In this document: in pieces, positions 25,268-39,076 of the stretch
How the letters are laid out: each line of letters starts with the position of its first letter
Numbering within the stretch: position 1 is the stretch's first letter
Source: Paraphysomonas bandaiensis
Taxonomy: Eukaryota > Protista > Chrysophyceae
Assembly: GCA_965644295.1 (NCBI GenBank)
Contig: CBFFRP010000053.1
Span: forward strand, 1 to 64,000
Direction: 5' to 3'
DNA: 64,000 nt
Translations under genes and position numbers: made by a program
Notes under the pieces: model-generated
The model's input: the letters and a program-made list of their open reading frames with translations, nothing else
Database searches by the model: none
Told to the model about the DNA's origin: nothing

Positions 25268-28200
25268 ATGCTGATCCATGTTATAAGGATTTTGTGCATA
25301 CTATTGTGCTGTTTAGGTATAGTATGATATGATCGACTTGCTGTATATCATATATATGTACCTTCATAGGGAGTGATTATGCGGCTGAGGTATATACTTT
25401 AGAAGTTATTGTCGCACCTGCAGGAGCAGTTGGTGGTGAAATCTTCTCTGTTCAGCCTCAGATAGCTGTCGTTGATTCAGATGGTGTATTAGCTGTGGAT
25501 TTAGATGGCTATGTGTATGCTGAAATGGGGAACTCTCCGACGGGCGAAGAGTCCTTATATATAGGATCATGCGACTTGTCTGGCTGTGGCGTAGAAGTAT
25601 ATAAGGATAACGCGTTTGCAGTACTAGAGAACGGAGTTGCAGTATTCGAGGTGAGTTGGTAGTATCCTTTGTTCTGCTTTTCACGTTTGTGTAGGATTTG
25701 CAAATTCGCACCGCAGGGAGTGGATATACGTTAAAATTTGTCGCCGTAACATCGACTGGGATTCCATTTGCATTCACGTTTTCCGAAACATTCGATGTCG
25801 AAGTGGGGGAAGCATATAGTCTTGATTATATTGACTACCTCGGACAAGTCCATGGCGGATTGCCATTTGAAATTCAACCGTCAGTCAGAATAATAGACAG
25901 AGGGGGAAATACGATTAACAGTATTAATACTGGTACAGTTGTAGTTGAACTAGTAAGACAGCCTGAATATGTGCAAACGCAATTGCTGCCAGCATCTAAT
26001 TTGAATGCTGCATTTGAGGGCGGTGTCGCAACATTTTCAGGGCTCTATATCAACGAAGCAGGCACTTCATATCAAATGGGATTCTCGACTGATATGGTGA
26101 GTTTGCTGCCTATCTATAATTTTGTTGAATCGTTTAGTACCTTCTTCATCTAATTATTTTAGTGATGTACTCAAGTAACACACCTGATGCTAACACTAGG
26201 ATCTTTGATCCTTTCTATCTTCATGTGATGCTAATATAACTTACACAGGTATTAAATGGCACAAATACGGTTTATTCAGGAAATTTTACTGTAGCTGTGG
26301 GTGCTCCAGCTATGCTAACATTTGTGGGCGATTTCGCTGCAGAACCTATTCAATCTGGAGAATTTTTTCCTAACCCCCCTATACTTCAAATAAGGGACGC
26401 TGGTGGAAATATGCTTGTCTTGGACAGTTGGTCGAAAGTACGAGTTAGTATAGAGGATAATGCAGCCAATAGTGTTCTAGCCCCTGTGGAACATACTACT
26501 ACAATTGCTGATCGAGGTGTTGTTCGTTTTTCAGCTATACGACTCGTAGGAGGCTATGCGACGGACTTTCGGTTGAAGTTTTCGTTATACAAATTCAATG
26601 CATTTACACTCAAGCATGATGTCACACCTGTTGCAGAGGTTGTATCGGGTTTATTTGAAGTTGCATTAGGGCGACCCAGAAAAGTGTCTTCTGTTAAGCC
26701 GAGTGACTACTCGTGGGCTGGTAATCAACCTTTCGACCAACAGCCTGTTTTAGCACTGATGGACTACTCCAACAACGTGATAAAGGTAGATTCAAAAAGC
26801 AATATGACAGCCAATATTGTCTCGTCACTATCGGCGAATTTTAAACGACTGGTGGTTGATACTTCGAATGCAAATGCAACTGAAGTATTATCTGTGGAAG
26901 TCGATCTGTTAAACGGCACCTATGGAGCTGGCGAGCAGATTGATGTATACGTGGAATTCGAGTATGAAGTTTGGGTCAGCTTGTTTAATGTGTCGCTGCC
27001 TTTGGAGAACTCATCGCTGCCTTACATAACCCTTAACATCAATACAACAAGTGGATATGCTACTGCATCGCTCAATACTAAGTTCTCTTACGAGAAAACA
27101 CGCTTCCTTGTTTTTACTTACATAGTACAGCCGATGGATGCAACTTTGTATGAATTGGGCCCGCTAAACACGTCAACGGCCTTTGTTGTCGTGACAAGTG
27201 ACACTAGCATTATTGATGGCAATGGAAATACTGTAGTCGGCGAGCTCCCTTCTAGTCGTCCTGATTTTGGGAAACAAATCTATATTGATACCTCAACTCC
27301 TTATGTCGTTGGTCTTGAAAGTGACACGAGTAGCGGTGAATATGGATCAGGAGAAGAAATTTTTATACGTGTGACCTACAACTTCCCTGTTTATGTTACA
27401 GGAAGTCCATATTTGACTTTGGCGATAACGAACAAATCTAACCCCGTGCAGGACACAACCCGTGACATACCATACTATGATCTCGATGATGACGATTACA
27501 GCGTTCTATTTTTGTACACTGTTGGTTTGGAGGATGACACAGTAGATCTCCAGCTTGCTAATAGCTCGATTCAAGTCGCATATGACAATGTATCCCAAAT
27601 TTTGCGGCGATCAACATTTCCTATTACACCTGTCAATTTTACTTTAAGTCCTCAACATATATCTGCCTTCGACAGTAACTATGATATTGTGATAGATACC
27701 ACAGCTCCTAGATTAAATACGACCTATGGACTGCAAACTACCACCCAGGACGGATGGTATTATCCTGGGGACGTAATCGATTTATCTATTTCGTTTGATA
27801 AAGAAGTTGCCCTTGGTCCAGGTATTAGTATTGCTTTACTGCTTGATGTTGGAGGTACGAAGCAGGTTGGATCGGCGACTATTACAATGTTGGGGAGTGA
27901 CAATAAAACTCTATATTTTGAATATGTAGTTACTGAAGGTACAAATACGAGTGCATTGGATATTTTTCCTATCGATACAATGGCTATTCATGAATTTGGA
28001 GACAGAAACTACATACGGAGAAGGTCCACTATTCCGACCAAAGATGCCAATTTGAGCACGGCTGACATTGCCATACATCATGGTAATTCGCTTACTGGAA
28101 ATCACGCGATTGGAGTGTTTGGTTTTCCTCCAGTCGTCACTGATGTTTCAGCTTATGCTCTCAATTCTACCGGTCAGAGTGTCATTACTATATATCCTGG

Positions 28201-31200
28201 TGACACAGTCTGGGTCAATATCACTTTCAATGCACCTGTTGTAGCCACCTGTGATCCTGTACTTGTCATTCAAACTACTACAACATTTCGAAATGCGGCA
28301 CTTGTTGATGGTAATGAAACTTCACGCTTGACATTTGCTTACATAGGCGAGTTGGGCGATGAAAGTCCCACTGGCTTTTATTATCGTCATCTCCCAAATG
28401 CCCTGTGCTCGGAAGAGACCTGTAGTGCCAATGCAAACCCATCATGTAAAATATATGCACACTCTATGGATCCATCAGTGGAGATCAAATATATTATGCC
28501 GTGGAGGGGTAGAAACAAGAAACTTGGTATGAGAGTTACTTCTGATATCGTTATTTCACCTTCCCACTCTATGGGAAATGAAAGAAATACAAGCGTTGTG
28601 TCTGCAGCAATTTTGCATAATGATGGAGAAGTTGGCACTGGAACACCAATTTATCTATCTCTGACATTCACAGATGACGTTTTTGTGACATCGAAAAAAC
28701 CTTATTTGTATCTTAATACAGGACGTTTTGTGAACTATTTTGGAGGCAGTGGTACCAAAACTTTGTCGTTCTTGTATTACGTTAATGATGGGGATGATGT
28801 GAATCATTTAGATGTTGCGAACGTTCCTGGTACGTCCTCTACCGTGGCATGTAACAACACATGCTCACTAGTGAACCGACTTGGGGAGATCGTTAATACC
28901 ACAACAATTGGAATAGCTGTCAGCGAAAATGTTTCTATTGATACCTCACAGCCTGTGGTGGTTGATGTGTGGTCAAATTCTACAACTTCACCATACGACT
29001 CGTGGTATGCTGCGGGACAGTCTATCTTTATCTTTGTTGAATTCGACAAGCCAGTATATGTTACAACCGATGCAATTGCCCCTCAGCTTAGAATGCAGCT
29101 TAACACGAATGAAAATAGGTATGCATTGTTCTCACGTGAGAATAGTTCCGATTTTGTGTTGGCATTTGAGCTCATCGTTGAATATGGTGATTATACTGAG
29201 AATCTGGAGTACGATGGTGTGGATGCTTTGGTTACTCCCCATGCACTGTCTAAAATTTTTCGAGCCGCTCCCTATGTGCATACGGAAGTGAACTATACGT
29301 TGCCTGCGCCTGTCCCATTAGCACCTGGGGGTCACACTATTTCCATTAACGCTAGCACTGTGCCCTCTGTAGTGGAAGTTACGTCCACATCACCCGATGG
29401 TCGGTATGCTACTGGAGATGTAATTGATATTTATGTCCACTTCACACACTATGTTGTGGTAGAGGGAAACCCGTATATAAATTTAAATTTTGGAGATCAC
29501 GTTGGTCGGGCCTACTACTCAACTCGAGATGGAACTGATGCATCTAAAGATATTCTATTTCAATACACGGTTGCAAGTGGAGATTATTCTCATGACTTAG
29601 ACTATGTGGATGTTTTTTCCCTTCGTCGAGCGTATACACCAGTAGCCGACTTGGGAAGCATTTTGCAGGCCTCTACTAATCCTATAGTAAATTCATCGCT
29701 TACACTGCCTAAGCAGGGCACGGAAGGTTCACTGTCTTTTAATTCTGATATTATTGTTGATGGCCGCCAGCCTTACATGACGAGTTTGTCATTTGTAAAC
29801 CCTGCTGAAACGATTTACGAAGTTAGAGACGTCATTCAAATTGAAATGAACTTTTCCGCGCCTGTGTTTGTGGAAGGAACTCCATATATTGTTCTTGAGA
29901 CAGGAACGCATAACAGGTTTGCCTATTATGTGTCAGGCACGAACTCGTCATCGTTGTTGTTTGAGTATGCCCCACAACCTGGTGATATGACCAATAAGCT
30001 AGACTACGCTTTTGACCGTGTAGCGATTCGTTCGTGTGCTGAATCTTTCAATGTGAGGGGTGAAGATGGAAAAGGTGCAATATTAGCTCACTCTGAGAAT
30101 CCTACTCAAGAAGCCCATATTCACTTAAATCCTCTTCGTGGTGTCTTGATGGGCACTACTACTGTCCCTGCTCTGAGTGGAATATATTACTATTCTAATC
30201 TTACTCTGAATAAGCAAGGACCAGACTATGAAATTCGCTATACCTCGACTCCAGAAGCTGAAAACCACACCGTGTTGTCAACAACTGAACCACTTTTCAA
30301 TTCATTCTCGAATGAATATGAATTGCGACCAATGGCCATGGAGTCTGGAGATCGAGTTGGATGGTCAGTTGCGACTGATGGGGAAGTATCTGTACTTGGT
30401 GCGCCTTTCACCAATTTGATTGTAAAAGATGTACAAACAGTTACAACAGGAGTTAGTCACGGGACAAAACTCTCGGCAGTTCAAGAAGTACAGCTGCTTC
30501 GAGTGGAGGTGGATCGTGCCCCTGAGATTCAGAGTTTCTATACCACTGCGGACGTGTACCAGACTGTAGATGGAACATTTACCATAAATTACGGCTTACT
30601 AGGTCCAACGAGACCGATCCCTGCCAACGCTAATGCTGAAATGATAGAAGTGGCGTTGATGACAGATATACCCAAACTTGGAGTTGTGTCGGTGTCTCGG
30701 ATTCCCTATATATACTGCGCCTGTTATAATGCCTTCACCTGGAACATAACGTTCCATGACTTAGATAGAGGCGTCGTCCACCCATTGGTTTTTGATGGCT
30801 CAGGATTAACTGGAGGAGGGGTGGCAATTCATGGCCCAACAACAGTGCAAAACTCATCATATATTGGTGGAACATTTACGCTGTTATCTGACGACGACAA
30901 GGAAACTGATCCAATTTCTTTTGACGTTGACGATGATGGTCTGATTGAAGCATTGGCAAGCATAGATATTGAAGCTGTTGAGGTTCAAATCAGCCCGACG
31001 AACACTGCGGGTAGTCGAACTTGGACAATCACGTTCGGCGCGGTTAATGGTTCATATGAGATACCTACATTGAGAAGTAATGCCAGTGGAATAACTGGTG
31101 GTGAGGCAACAGTATGGCATACAACTGCCAGACCAGGCCGACATGGACCACCGACTGATGATAGTATCAGTGGTATATCGGGATATTTTATGCTTGAGTG

Positions 31201-34200
31201 GAGAGGAAATGTTACGGATAAGATAATGTATAATGCGAGTGCAGATTTTATGGAATCTGCTTTAGAAGCACTCCCGAATATAGAAGATGTCTCTGTTGAA
31301 CGAATGGTTTCTTCCGATAAAGTAGGATATACTTGGAAGATTACTCTGAATCGAGTGTACTATAACACTCCACGAGGATACGAACTTGATGACCACGGAC
31401 CTTTTGATGCTATAATTGCTCATAATCATCTCATTGGAACTAACACCTCCATTACCATTGGGAGTAAAAGTAACAGTGTGGTTAGGCTCTATGGTGAGGA
31501 GGTGCGTGGGCTTTATGGTAATCAATCCGGTGCTGTTTATGTGTTCCAACGAGAGATAGATGATGCCGACTGTTGGATTGAAACTAGTACAATTACTGCA
31601 AATGACACAGATTCGTCAGATCAATTTGGCAGCAGTGTGTCTATTTACGGTGACTATATCGCAATAGGTGCTGTAGGAGCAGAAACTATTGGTGTCCCTG
31701 AAATTCAATCAATATTTTGCTCTGCGGAAGCAGGTTTCTTTCAATTGGGGTTTCGTGGATGGACAACAAGTGCTATTCCGCATAATGTCACTCGAGATGA
31801 TTTGATTTATGCCATCCAAGGCGATATCGGATCTATGCACTCCATTTCTATTGCTGATTGGGGTGTTGGTGGGTTGTGTGACAACAACACTGCTGTTATT
31901 ACATTTCATTCTCCAACCGATGGTCACGCTGTTATGTTTGGCGAGGACACCGGAGCTGATCTAGAACTGCTTGAGGTGACCGCCCAATCATTAACCAATT
32001 CAACTGGCAATGCTGGTACAATTGAAATCAATGAAATTCAAGCTGGAACTCGAAGTGCTCATGGGGAAAATGCTGATGGATTGCAGACTGGATCGGCCTA
32101 CGTGTTCAGGGCGGTCGCGGATTGCTATGATTACGAACTTGTCCAGTTTTGCAATCGTAAGAAATGGGTTCAAGAAGCTCAATTCTTTCCGACGGAGCCA
32201 CTTGGACACGAGAAGTTTGGTGCGTCCATATCTGCTTATGCAGACAGGATTGCTGTTGGTGCACCTGGAACCCTTGGAGGCGAAGGAGCTGTCTATGTCT
32301 ACGAATACAAGTACGACATAGATTCGTGGTTTCGCGTTGGAAAATACACAGCCAGCGTATGGGTTCCTGAGTTGAACGACGAATTTGGATATGACGTTGC
32401 ATTGCTGGATGATACACTCGTTGTTGGTACTCCTGGAAGGAATAATAATACTGGTATCGTATTTATATTTCGCTATGCTAGAGGAGTATTTGTAGCCACT
32501 CAAGAGTTATATCTTCCGCCTGATTTGTATCGCACTGAAGAAGGAGATCGCTTTGGATGTAGTGTTGCCATAGATGGGGACCTCATTGTTGTTGGTGCCT
32601 GTGGATATGATGATTCGACAATATATCTTGGTCAGAATCCGAGTAAAGTCGAACCAGATACAGGTGCTGCATTCGTCTTCAGGCGAGAGAGTAAGGCAAC
32701 TGATTTTGAATTTGACCAGCAGCTAATACCGTCCAACGTTCGTCGTTTGGACAGGTTTGGACATGATGTCTCAATTCATAAAAACACTATTGTCGTCAGT
32801 GCTGTGGAAAATATGTTGGAAGGTCTCGTGCCGTCTCGACCGATCATGGAAGTCAAAACTAGTGCGGACTACAATCAAGAACCGTGTGGCAATTATTTTC
32901 AATTAAAATGGGTCAGTACTAATGAAACTGGCGAATGGGAACAGCGAACAACCCGATTAATTAAGAAAGATGCGTCAGATCTAGAGTTGCGGCTTATCCT
33001 GGAGGAAGATTTAGGAACCGGACCACTTAGTGTTGTACGCTCTTTCAAGGATATATATGATGGTGGGTACGTCTGGACAGTAACGTTCCTTAGTGAATCG
33101 GTAAACGATGTGGCTCCTTTGGAACCTGTAAATGATGGAACATTAACAGGAACGAACGCTAAAGTAACCGTCACAGTTATTAACGACACTCCCCCAATTA
33201 AGCGTGGGAATGCTCACATTTTTACACGGGAGAGTCCACGTGACATAGATTTTGAGGAGCAGGTTTATTTGTTTCCATTTAAGTATCAGCGTATTGATCG
33301 TTGTGGATGGGCTGTGTCGATTCGAGATGATTATGTGCTCATGGGTTGTCCAAACCGAGACTTCTTCATACCAAATCAAAACAGTGGAGCAGGGTATATG
33401 TTCAAGTTAGACTTTTTGAATCTAGAATTTGCGGATTTTGAGCCAACGGTTGTGGAAGGTAACGAATTAGGTATAGAAGTGGTACCCAATGAGCGTGAAT
33501 CAATGGTTGATGATGTGCTGTACTTCATTGCCACGCTTGATCGAAATGCCTTTTCTCGTCGACAGACGCTCATTTCTAACCTCTACGGATTGCAGAAACG
33601 AAAAGAAGTATTTGAATTCGGGAGAACAGCAGTTGATATTTCAGACACAGCTGGTACTGCTATGGCTCGATCCCAGTATTATGGATCCACACAACGAGAG
33701 CATGTGTGGGTTGATGGTGTGTATGACTTCAGAGGGCTATCTGATTATGTTCCAATCGACGTGCCACGTGCCTATTTGCTGGAATATTCAAACGACACCG
33801 AATACGTTACAACAACTCCAGATACAATACTTGAAAATTTGGACGAGACATTTACAATGATTCTGCACGCTCCAGGCTATTGGCCGAGTATTCTCGGCAG
33901 ACTCACATCTTTGGCTACCATTGAGGACGATTGGGATGGGTACGTTGATGTGAATGGTACGACGTATTTTCAATACGACAAACTGTACGGTGATGTTGAT
34001 GTTGATGGATGTGAAATCGGCATATCTATGGATATCGAGAGCGATATTGATGTGGTTGTCAGTGGTTGCCCTCGCAGTACTGTTGATGGAGTGGAGAATG
34101 CTGGTAGTGTGTTCTTATACAAACAGGTACTTGGGCACTGGGCAAGGTTGGCAACGATTGTTTCGCCATCACCATATGAGGGTGGGTTATTTGGAGATGC

Positions 34201-37070
34201 GGTTGCCATAGACACGGCATACGGGCGGAATACCTCCACAGTAGTGGTCGGTGAACCTGGTATATTTGCGGCTCATGTATTTGTATCGTCACACCCAAAT
34301 ACTAATTGGACATACGATACGAATCTTACCGTCGATGTTGAGTTAGTTGTTCAACACAGGTTCGCTGTACAAGGAACTCTTGATTTGTATGGTGATATTG
34401 TGTTGATCGGTGCACCAGGCATAGAAACGATGTTTTTGTTTACTCGCCGGTTCGATCTCAACACATCCAGTTGGGTTTGGAGCAGTGCAAAGGCTATTCA
34501 ATCAGCTGATTACGATTATGATCTGGTGTTCTCTACAATTTTTCTGCATCGACAAGAATTTGGAACTTCAGTATCAATCTCGGAGAGAACCATTGCAGTC
34601 GGATCCCCTTTTGCGGATTACGATAAAATTGGTTCTGATAATATTGAAGTTGATTGGTTTACGGAGGGAACGGACATTCATGGTATGAGTCGGGGTAAGG
34701 TTTATTTGTTCACAAGTGAACCTGCTGTTCAAAATATTACCATATACTCATATCACCAAATAAGTGTTGGGACATTTAAGTTATCTCTATCGTACCGTGG
34801 AATAACTACTAATTCGAGTCAAATACCTTTCAACGAAACCGCTGAAAGTCTTAAATATATCTTGGAAGAGTTAGAGAATATTGACTTAATTACTACATCC
34901 AAAGATGAAGGGCGCACGCATGATTTTGCTCAAGGTGACTACGGTTACTATTACTCCTGGCAAGTGACATTTTTATCGGAGTATCAGGACCCCCCACTTC
35001 TGGTTCCACAGTTCAATGACACCGGCTGTGAGGATTGTGAGCGTTTTGATGTGAATTACGATAACTCGTCCTTTCGTATTGTGGTTACTCAAGTACGCCA
35101 GTATGAAGACTGGAAGCGAAGCCATGAGTTATCTGCTAGGGATCAGCGGCGGGGCGATCGGTTTGGCACTTCTGTGGTTGTTGATGGTGATACCATAGCG
35201 GTTGGTGCGGTTCATTCTGCAGCTGTTGTGACAACGACGTGGGATTTTGAGGCCGGAGTTTTGCAAGGCTGGACGACCACAGGAACTGCTTTTGATTTTC
35301 AGCCGACGTATGGTGATAACTCATACTACCATGCTATATATCGGGAAAAAACAGATAATATATATAACAAACGCGGTCGCCCAATGCGATCGCAATTGCG
35401 TGGTAGATACTATGTGGGCACATACGAAAAACGCCCTGGAGATTCCACCGATTATCGCGCTGCCGATCCCAATTATCCACAAGGTAATGTCCAAGGTGAC
35501 AATCCTGTAGGAACCATGGAGAGCCAGGTGTTTATTATCCGAGGAGAAAAAATTTCTTTCCTTGTGGGTGGGGGGTGTGATTCGAATCTGGAGTATGTAG
35601 AACTTGTAGTGGATGGAGTGAGTGTGGCAAGAGAGACTGGACAATGTTCTGAGTCCATGAGACGCGTATATTTCGACGTCTCTTTATTTCATTTGCGCTC
35701 TGCATATATTAAAGTAGTTGATGCAGGTCGTGGTCCGTGGGGACATATTAGCGTTGATGACTTCCGGTTCGACTGGGACATTAAAGGGGGGCTTGTCAAT
35801 GATACCATGACGGGAAATGTTCGCGATATATTCGGAGGACAAGTGGAAACATCGCGTTCTGGAGCTGTCCATGTATTCCATCGTCATAACTCACAGTCTG
35901 CTGATGGCATGGACGTCACAAGTAACTGTACTGGACTAAAATCTGATTGCATATGGTCTGAAGTCGCCAAGTTAACTGCGTCCGATAAGCGACCCAGTGA
36001 TCGGTTTGGATCAAGTGTGGCATTGAATGAGAAGAGTGGCGTCATTGCTGTTGGTGCACCATACACTTCTCTGACTGGTTTTTATAAGGAAACTCCGAGC
36101 CTACACCCACATATAGAAGGTGATATCAGTACTACTTACGGATTACACTTTCCTGTATTGAGTCAAAACGAAACTTTATTTATGCACAGAAATACATATA
36201 CTTCACAGCCTTCTGGATCTTACGGAGTCATGTACTTGCGCAACCAGTCTGGTATTTTTCCTGATGTTAAAGCTTACGAAGAAACCGGAGCTGTTTATGT
36301 GTACACTGTCAGACATGCTGTCATCGACCACCGAGATGTTATTTCCGTATCAGATAACTGGAAAACCACAGAAACGGCCAAAATACAACCACCAGATGGA
36401 TTTGCAAGAGACCACTTTGGTATCTCGGTGGTCTTAAGTGGAAGTCTTTTGGCCATCGGGTCACATGGCAACGATGGTCAAGATCTGGACACTGGGGCAA
36501 TATATCTATATCGCGCTGGGTTTGCTGCTGTTTCATTTTCAGAGGTATGAGGTTTCGTGTGTATTGCGTTTCCGTGTCATTTACCATACATCTTTGTTTG
36601 GCTGTTTACAGGCTGTATTCAAAGTATTTGAAAGCTTCGATCGTCAATATGTCACGGTTACAATTCTGCGGGATACGTCGGTTTACGATGATGTCCTTGT
36701 GCTTGAGTACTCCACGTCCGATTTAACTGCTGAAGGTGTAGATAGTAATAAGTATGAAGAATGCCTTCGACTTCCACCTATGCAACGAGGCCCTGCGAAG
36801 TGTGGAGATTACGAACAGACATCCGGGGAAATGACTATTGCCGCTGGGGATGACAGAGGAACTTTCACGGTTGGCCTGGTGGACGATTTATGCAAAGAGA
36901 AGTTCGTCGAGTTTATTCAGGTGCTGTGAACAGTTTTAGAGAGTTAGCAGTTTTACGCATTTGTGCAGGTCACCATTTCTGTCCCCGGATCAGCGGCACT
37001 TCAAGGAGAATTAATGTCAGCGAAAATACGAATAGATGATGATGATTTCTTTGGAGAACAATATTGTTAA
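25268..37070 (+). CDS. Giant (roughly 3,800 aa) secreted protein: Ig-like repeats, FG-GAP (integrin-alpha-like) repeats, EVQ/EIQ beta-sandwich repeats, Calx-beta; 6 exons
   Basis: Signal peptide MLIHVIRILCILLCCLG at 25268. Exons join the ORFs at 25698, 26297 (3417 aa) and 36438. Repeated Y..G..I.I...F...V.V.G.P.L.L units; many FG.SV.I.GD...VGAP...G.VYVF units; C-terminal YSTSDLTA...GDYEQTSG...DD...E.F...IRIDDDD. Stop at 37068-37070; no TM segment seen. Confidence 0.85.
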
Positions 37071-37454
37071 TAGTGTCTTATTTCTAGCGTAGTGTAGTTG
37101 TGTGTGTTCAGTTCCTGGTTATATATCCGTACCGTCAATAATATACGTTATAATTTACTGAAGTGATGTACTATGCGGAAATTGTTTGAAAATGATATGT
37201 TAAATATATATCCAGTGGGAAATCCTGAAATTTGGGTGAATCATGCAAATAGTGTATAGATATCGAGTAAAACAAGAATTAAGCTGGGTTGAATACCCTT
37301 TAAGGTTGTGAGATGTACGATATGCCAAGCATGGAGAGAAATATATTTTTCCAGTACATGAAGTATAAAAACTCCTCAGTAACGTACCACGATACATTTC
37401 TTGTTCAACGCATGTAAAAAACTAAGAGCATCATCTGCATTTCATACAAAGTAC

Positions 37455-37967
37455 TATATATTGAAAGTCCTATTATTAGCAATAAGCGTTAAAAACCTGC
37501 ACCAACGTTGTAGCTAGATGCATGCTAGACAAACTAGTTAGACCTCTACCTATAACTAATCAGTACACACTTTTTTTATCCTACTATTTAACGCTACGGA
37601 AGCTGCTTGTGCGTCGCCGCAAGCACCAAGGTGCGACCACTTCCGCTCTGAGTTCTTAAGGTGAACATCCCGAATGCTTGACTTCAGCAGGCAGCCATAT
37701 ATCCCGGTTACCCTTCAGGTGGGCCCTGTCCCGGATGCCCTTGAGGTGGTCCCATTCCCGGATGCCTGTTTATTCGTCAGGGCCCAAAGACGTCTACACA
37801 AGTGACATTTATAGGAGTCCCTTGTACCACACAAGCATTCGGCTATGAGTAGGAGAAGAATATCTGTTAACTATGTTTGCGGCTTACATTAGCTTCCCAG
37901 AGAGAATCTCTCCGGTACTTATCCCCCAGAACACCACGAAAAGTTGCGAGTCCGACTTTGTTAAGGG
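37455..37967 (-). mobile_element. SINE-like non-coding retroposon (about 513 bp) with TSD
   Basis: Flanked by direct repeat TACAAAGTAC (37445-37454, 37968-37977). Near-identical copy at 61331-61840. Internal CCCGGATGC repeats. Confidence 0.65.
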
Positions 37968-38069
37968 TACAAAGTACAATCTTGTTTTATATGTGATTAA
38001 AAATCATATTTACTACGTACAACGAGAAGCACTTTTTTCGCAAACTTGGTACCGGGTACACACAATCAA

Positions 38070-39076
38070 CACCATTTCTCTGTTCACAACAATGACTCTC
38101 CTCCGACGAAAGAAAAACACCACCTTGGAGTTCCGCCATTCTTAAGAAACTTTCCCGCAGATCCTGGAGTACCTTACTTCCGCAGGTTGAACGATTATGG
38201 ACAGAAACTATCGCCGAGGCTCAAATGGAAAGCATCTTTGGAACACAGTACAATTGCTCCCTCAATTTGCGTGGACTATACGTGCCATTGATAAAGCAGT
38301 TGTTACCCTCCTTTAACCGCTTTACGCTGCAGCAAACAAATGCTCCAAGATCGTAGTGGGCGTTATGCTGTCAACCTAAGGGGCCACATCGATTCCTCCC
38401 TTGACCGCGTCAGCGACGTGCACACACACGAAGCAGAGCATGATGGAGTCGGCTGTTTTCCCCCAAAATGCGGCAATACACGATTTAAATCGAGCATCAC
38501 CCAGCGGAAGCAACGGGTTCTACGCATACTAAGTGTAAAGCGGAGACCTAACGAGCCCCTCCGGTCGTCTTCCTCTTCCACCACCCCCGCATCAGCAGAG
38601 AAGCTACGATGCCAACTCGGCTACTTCTCTGCCTCAGGCCTAACTCGCAGCTGAAGCCATTCAAAGACACGCAGCGGCCCCAACATACCCCCCTCTCCAT
38701 GTATCTTACGTTAAGGACACTTGACTCACTGCCTTCTCCATAAAGTCCTGAGGAGCCCTATCCTAAGGGGCATCCCCCTGACTGATCCTTCTGTATTTCA
38801 AGGGGACTAACATCCACAGAGAGCTTCTCCCTCACACAAGAACGGAAGTGGTTGCACCTTGGTTCTTGCGGCGACGCCCAAGCAGCTTCTGTAGCGTTAC
38901 ATAGTAGGATTTGAAAATTTGTGCTAGTTAGTTACAGGTAGGCGTCTATCTAGCTTGACTAGTCATCATCTAACTACTAATCTGGTGTTGGTTCTTAACG
39001 CCTACTGCAAATAATAAGAATTTCACAACACCTTTTCTCTGTTCTCAACAATGACTCTCCTCCGACGAAAAAAACA
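38070..39076 (+). mobile_element. Degenerate longer element sharing the ~190-bp tail of the SINE-like family; terminal ~50-bp direct repeat
   Basis: 38839-39025 is an inverted, diverged copy of 37458-37649. CACC(A/T)TTTCTCTGTT..CAACAATGACTCTCCTCCGACGAAA occurs at about 38070 and about 39029. Confidence 0.5.

Noticed and set aside
27911-36587. Numerous short ORFs overlapping the giant gene (likewise within 47806-53616 and 55423-58270)
   Set aside because: Antisense or alternate-frame shadows of long real coding exons.
38745-38780. Hammerhead ribozyme (CTGAGGA-GCCC...GGGC); also CTGACGA on the minus strand near 37775
   Set aside because: The GAAA required after stem II is absent, and the second motif is not conserved among copies.
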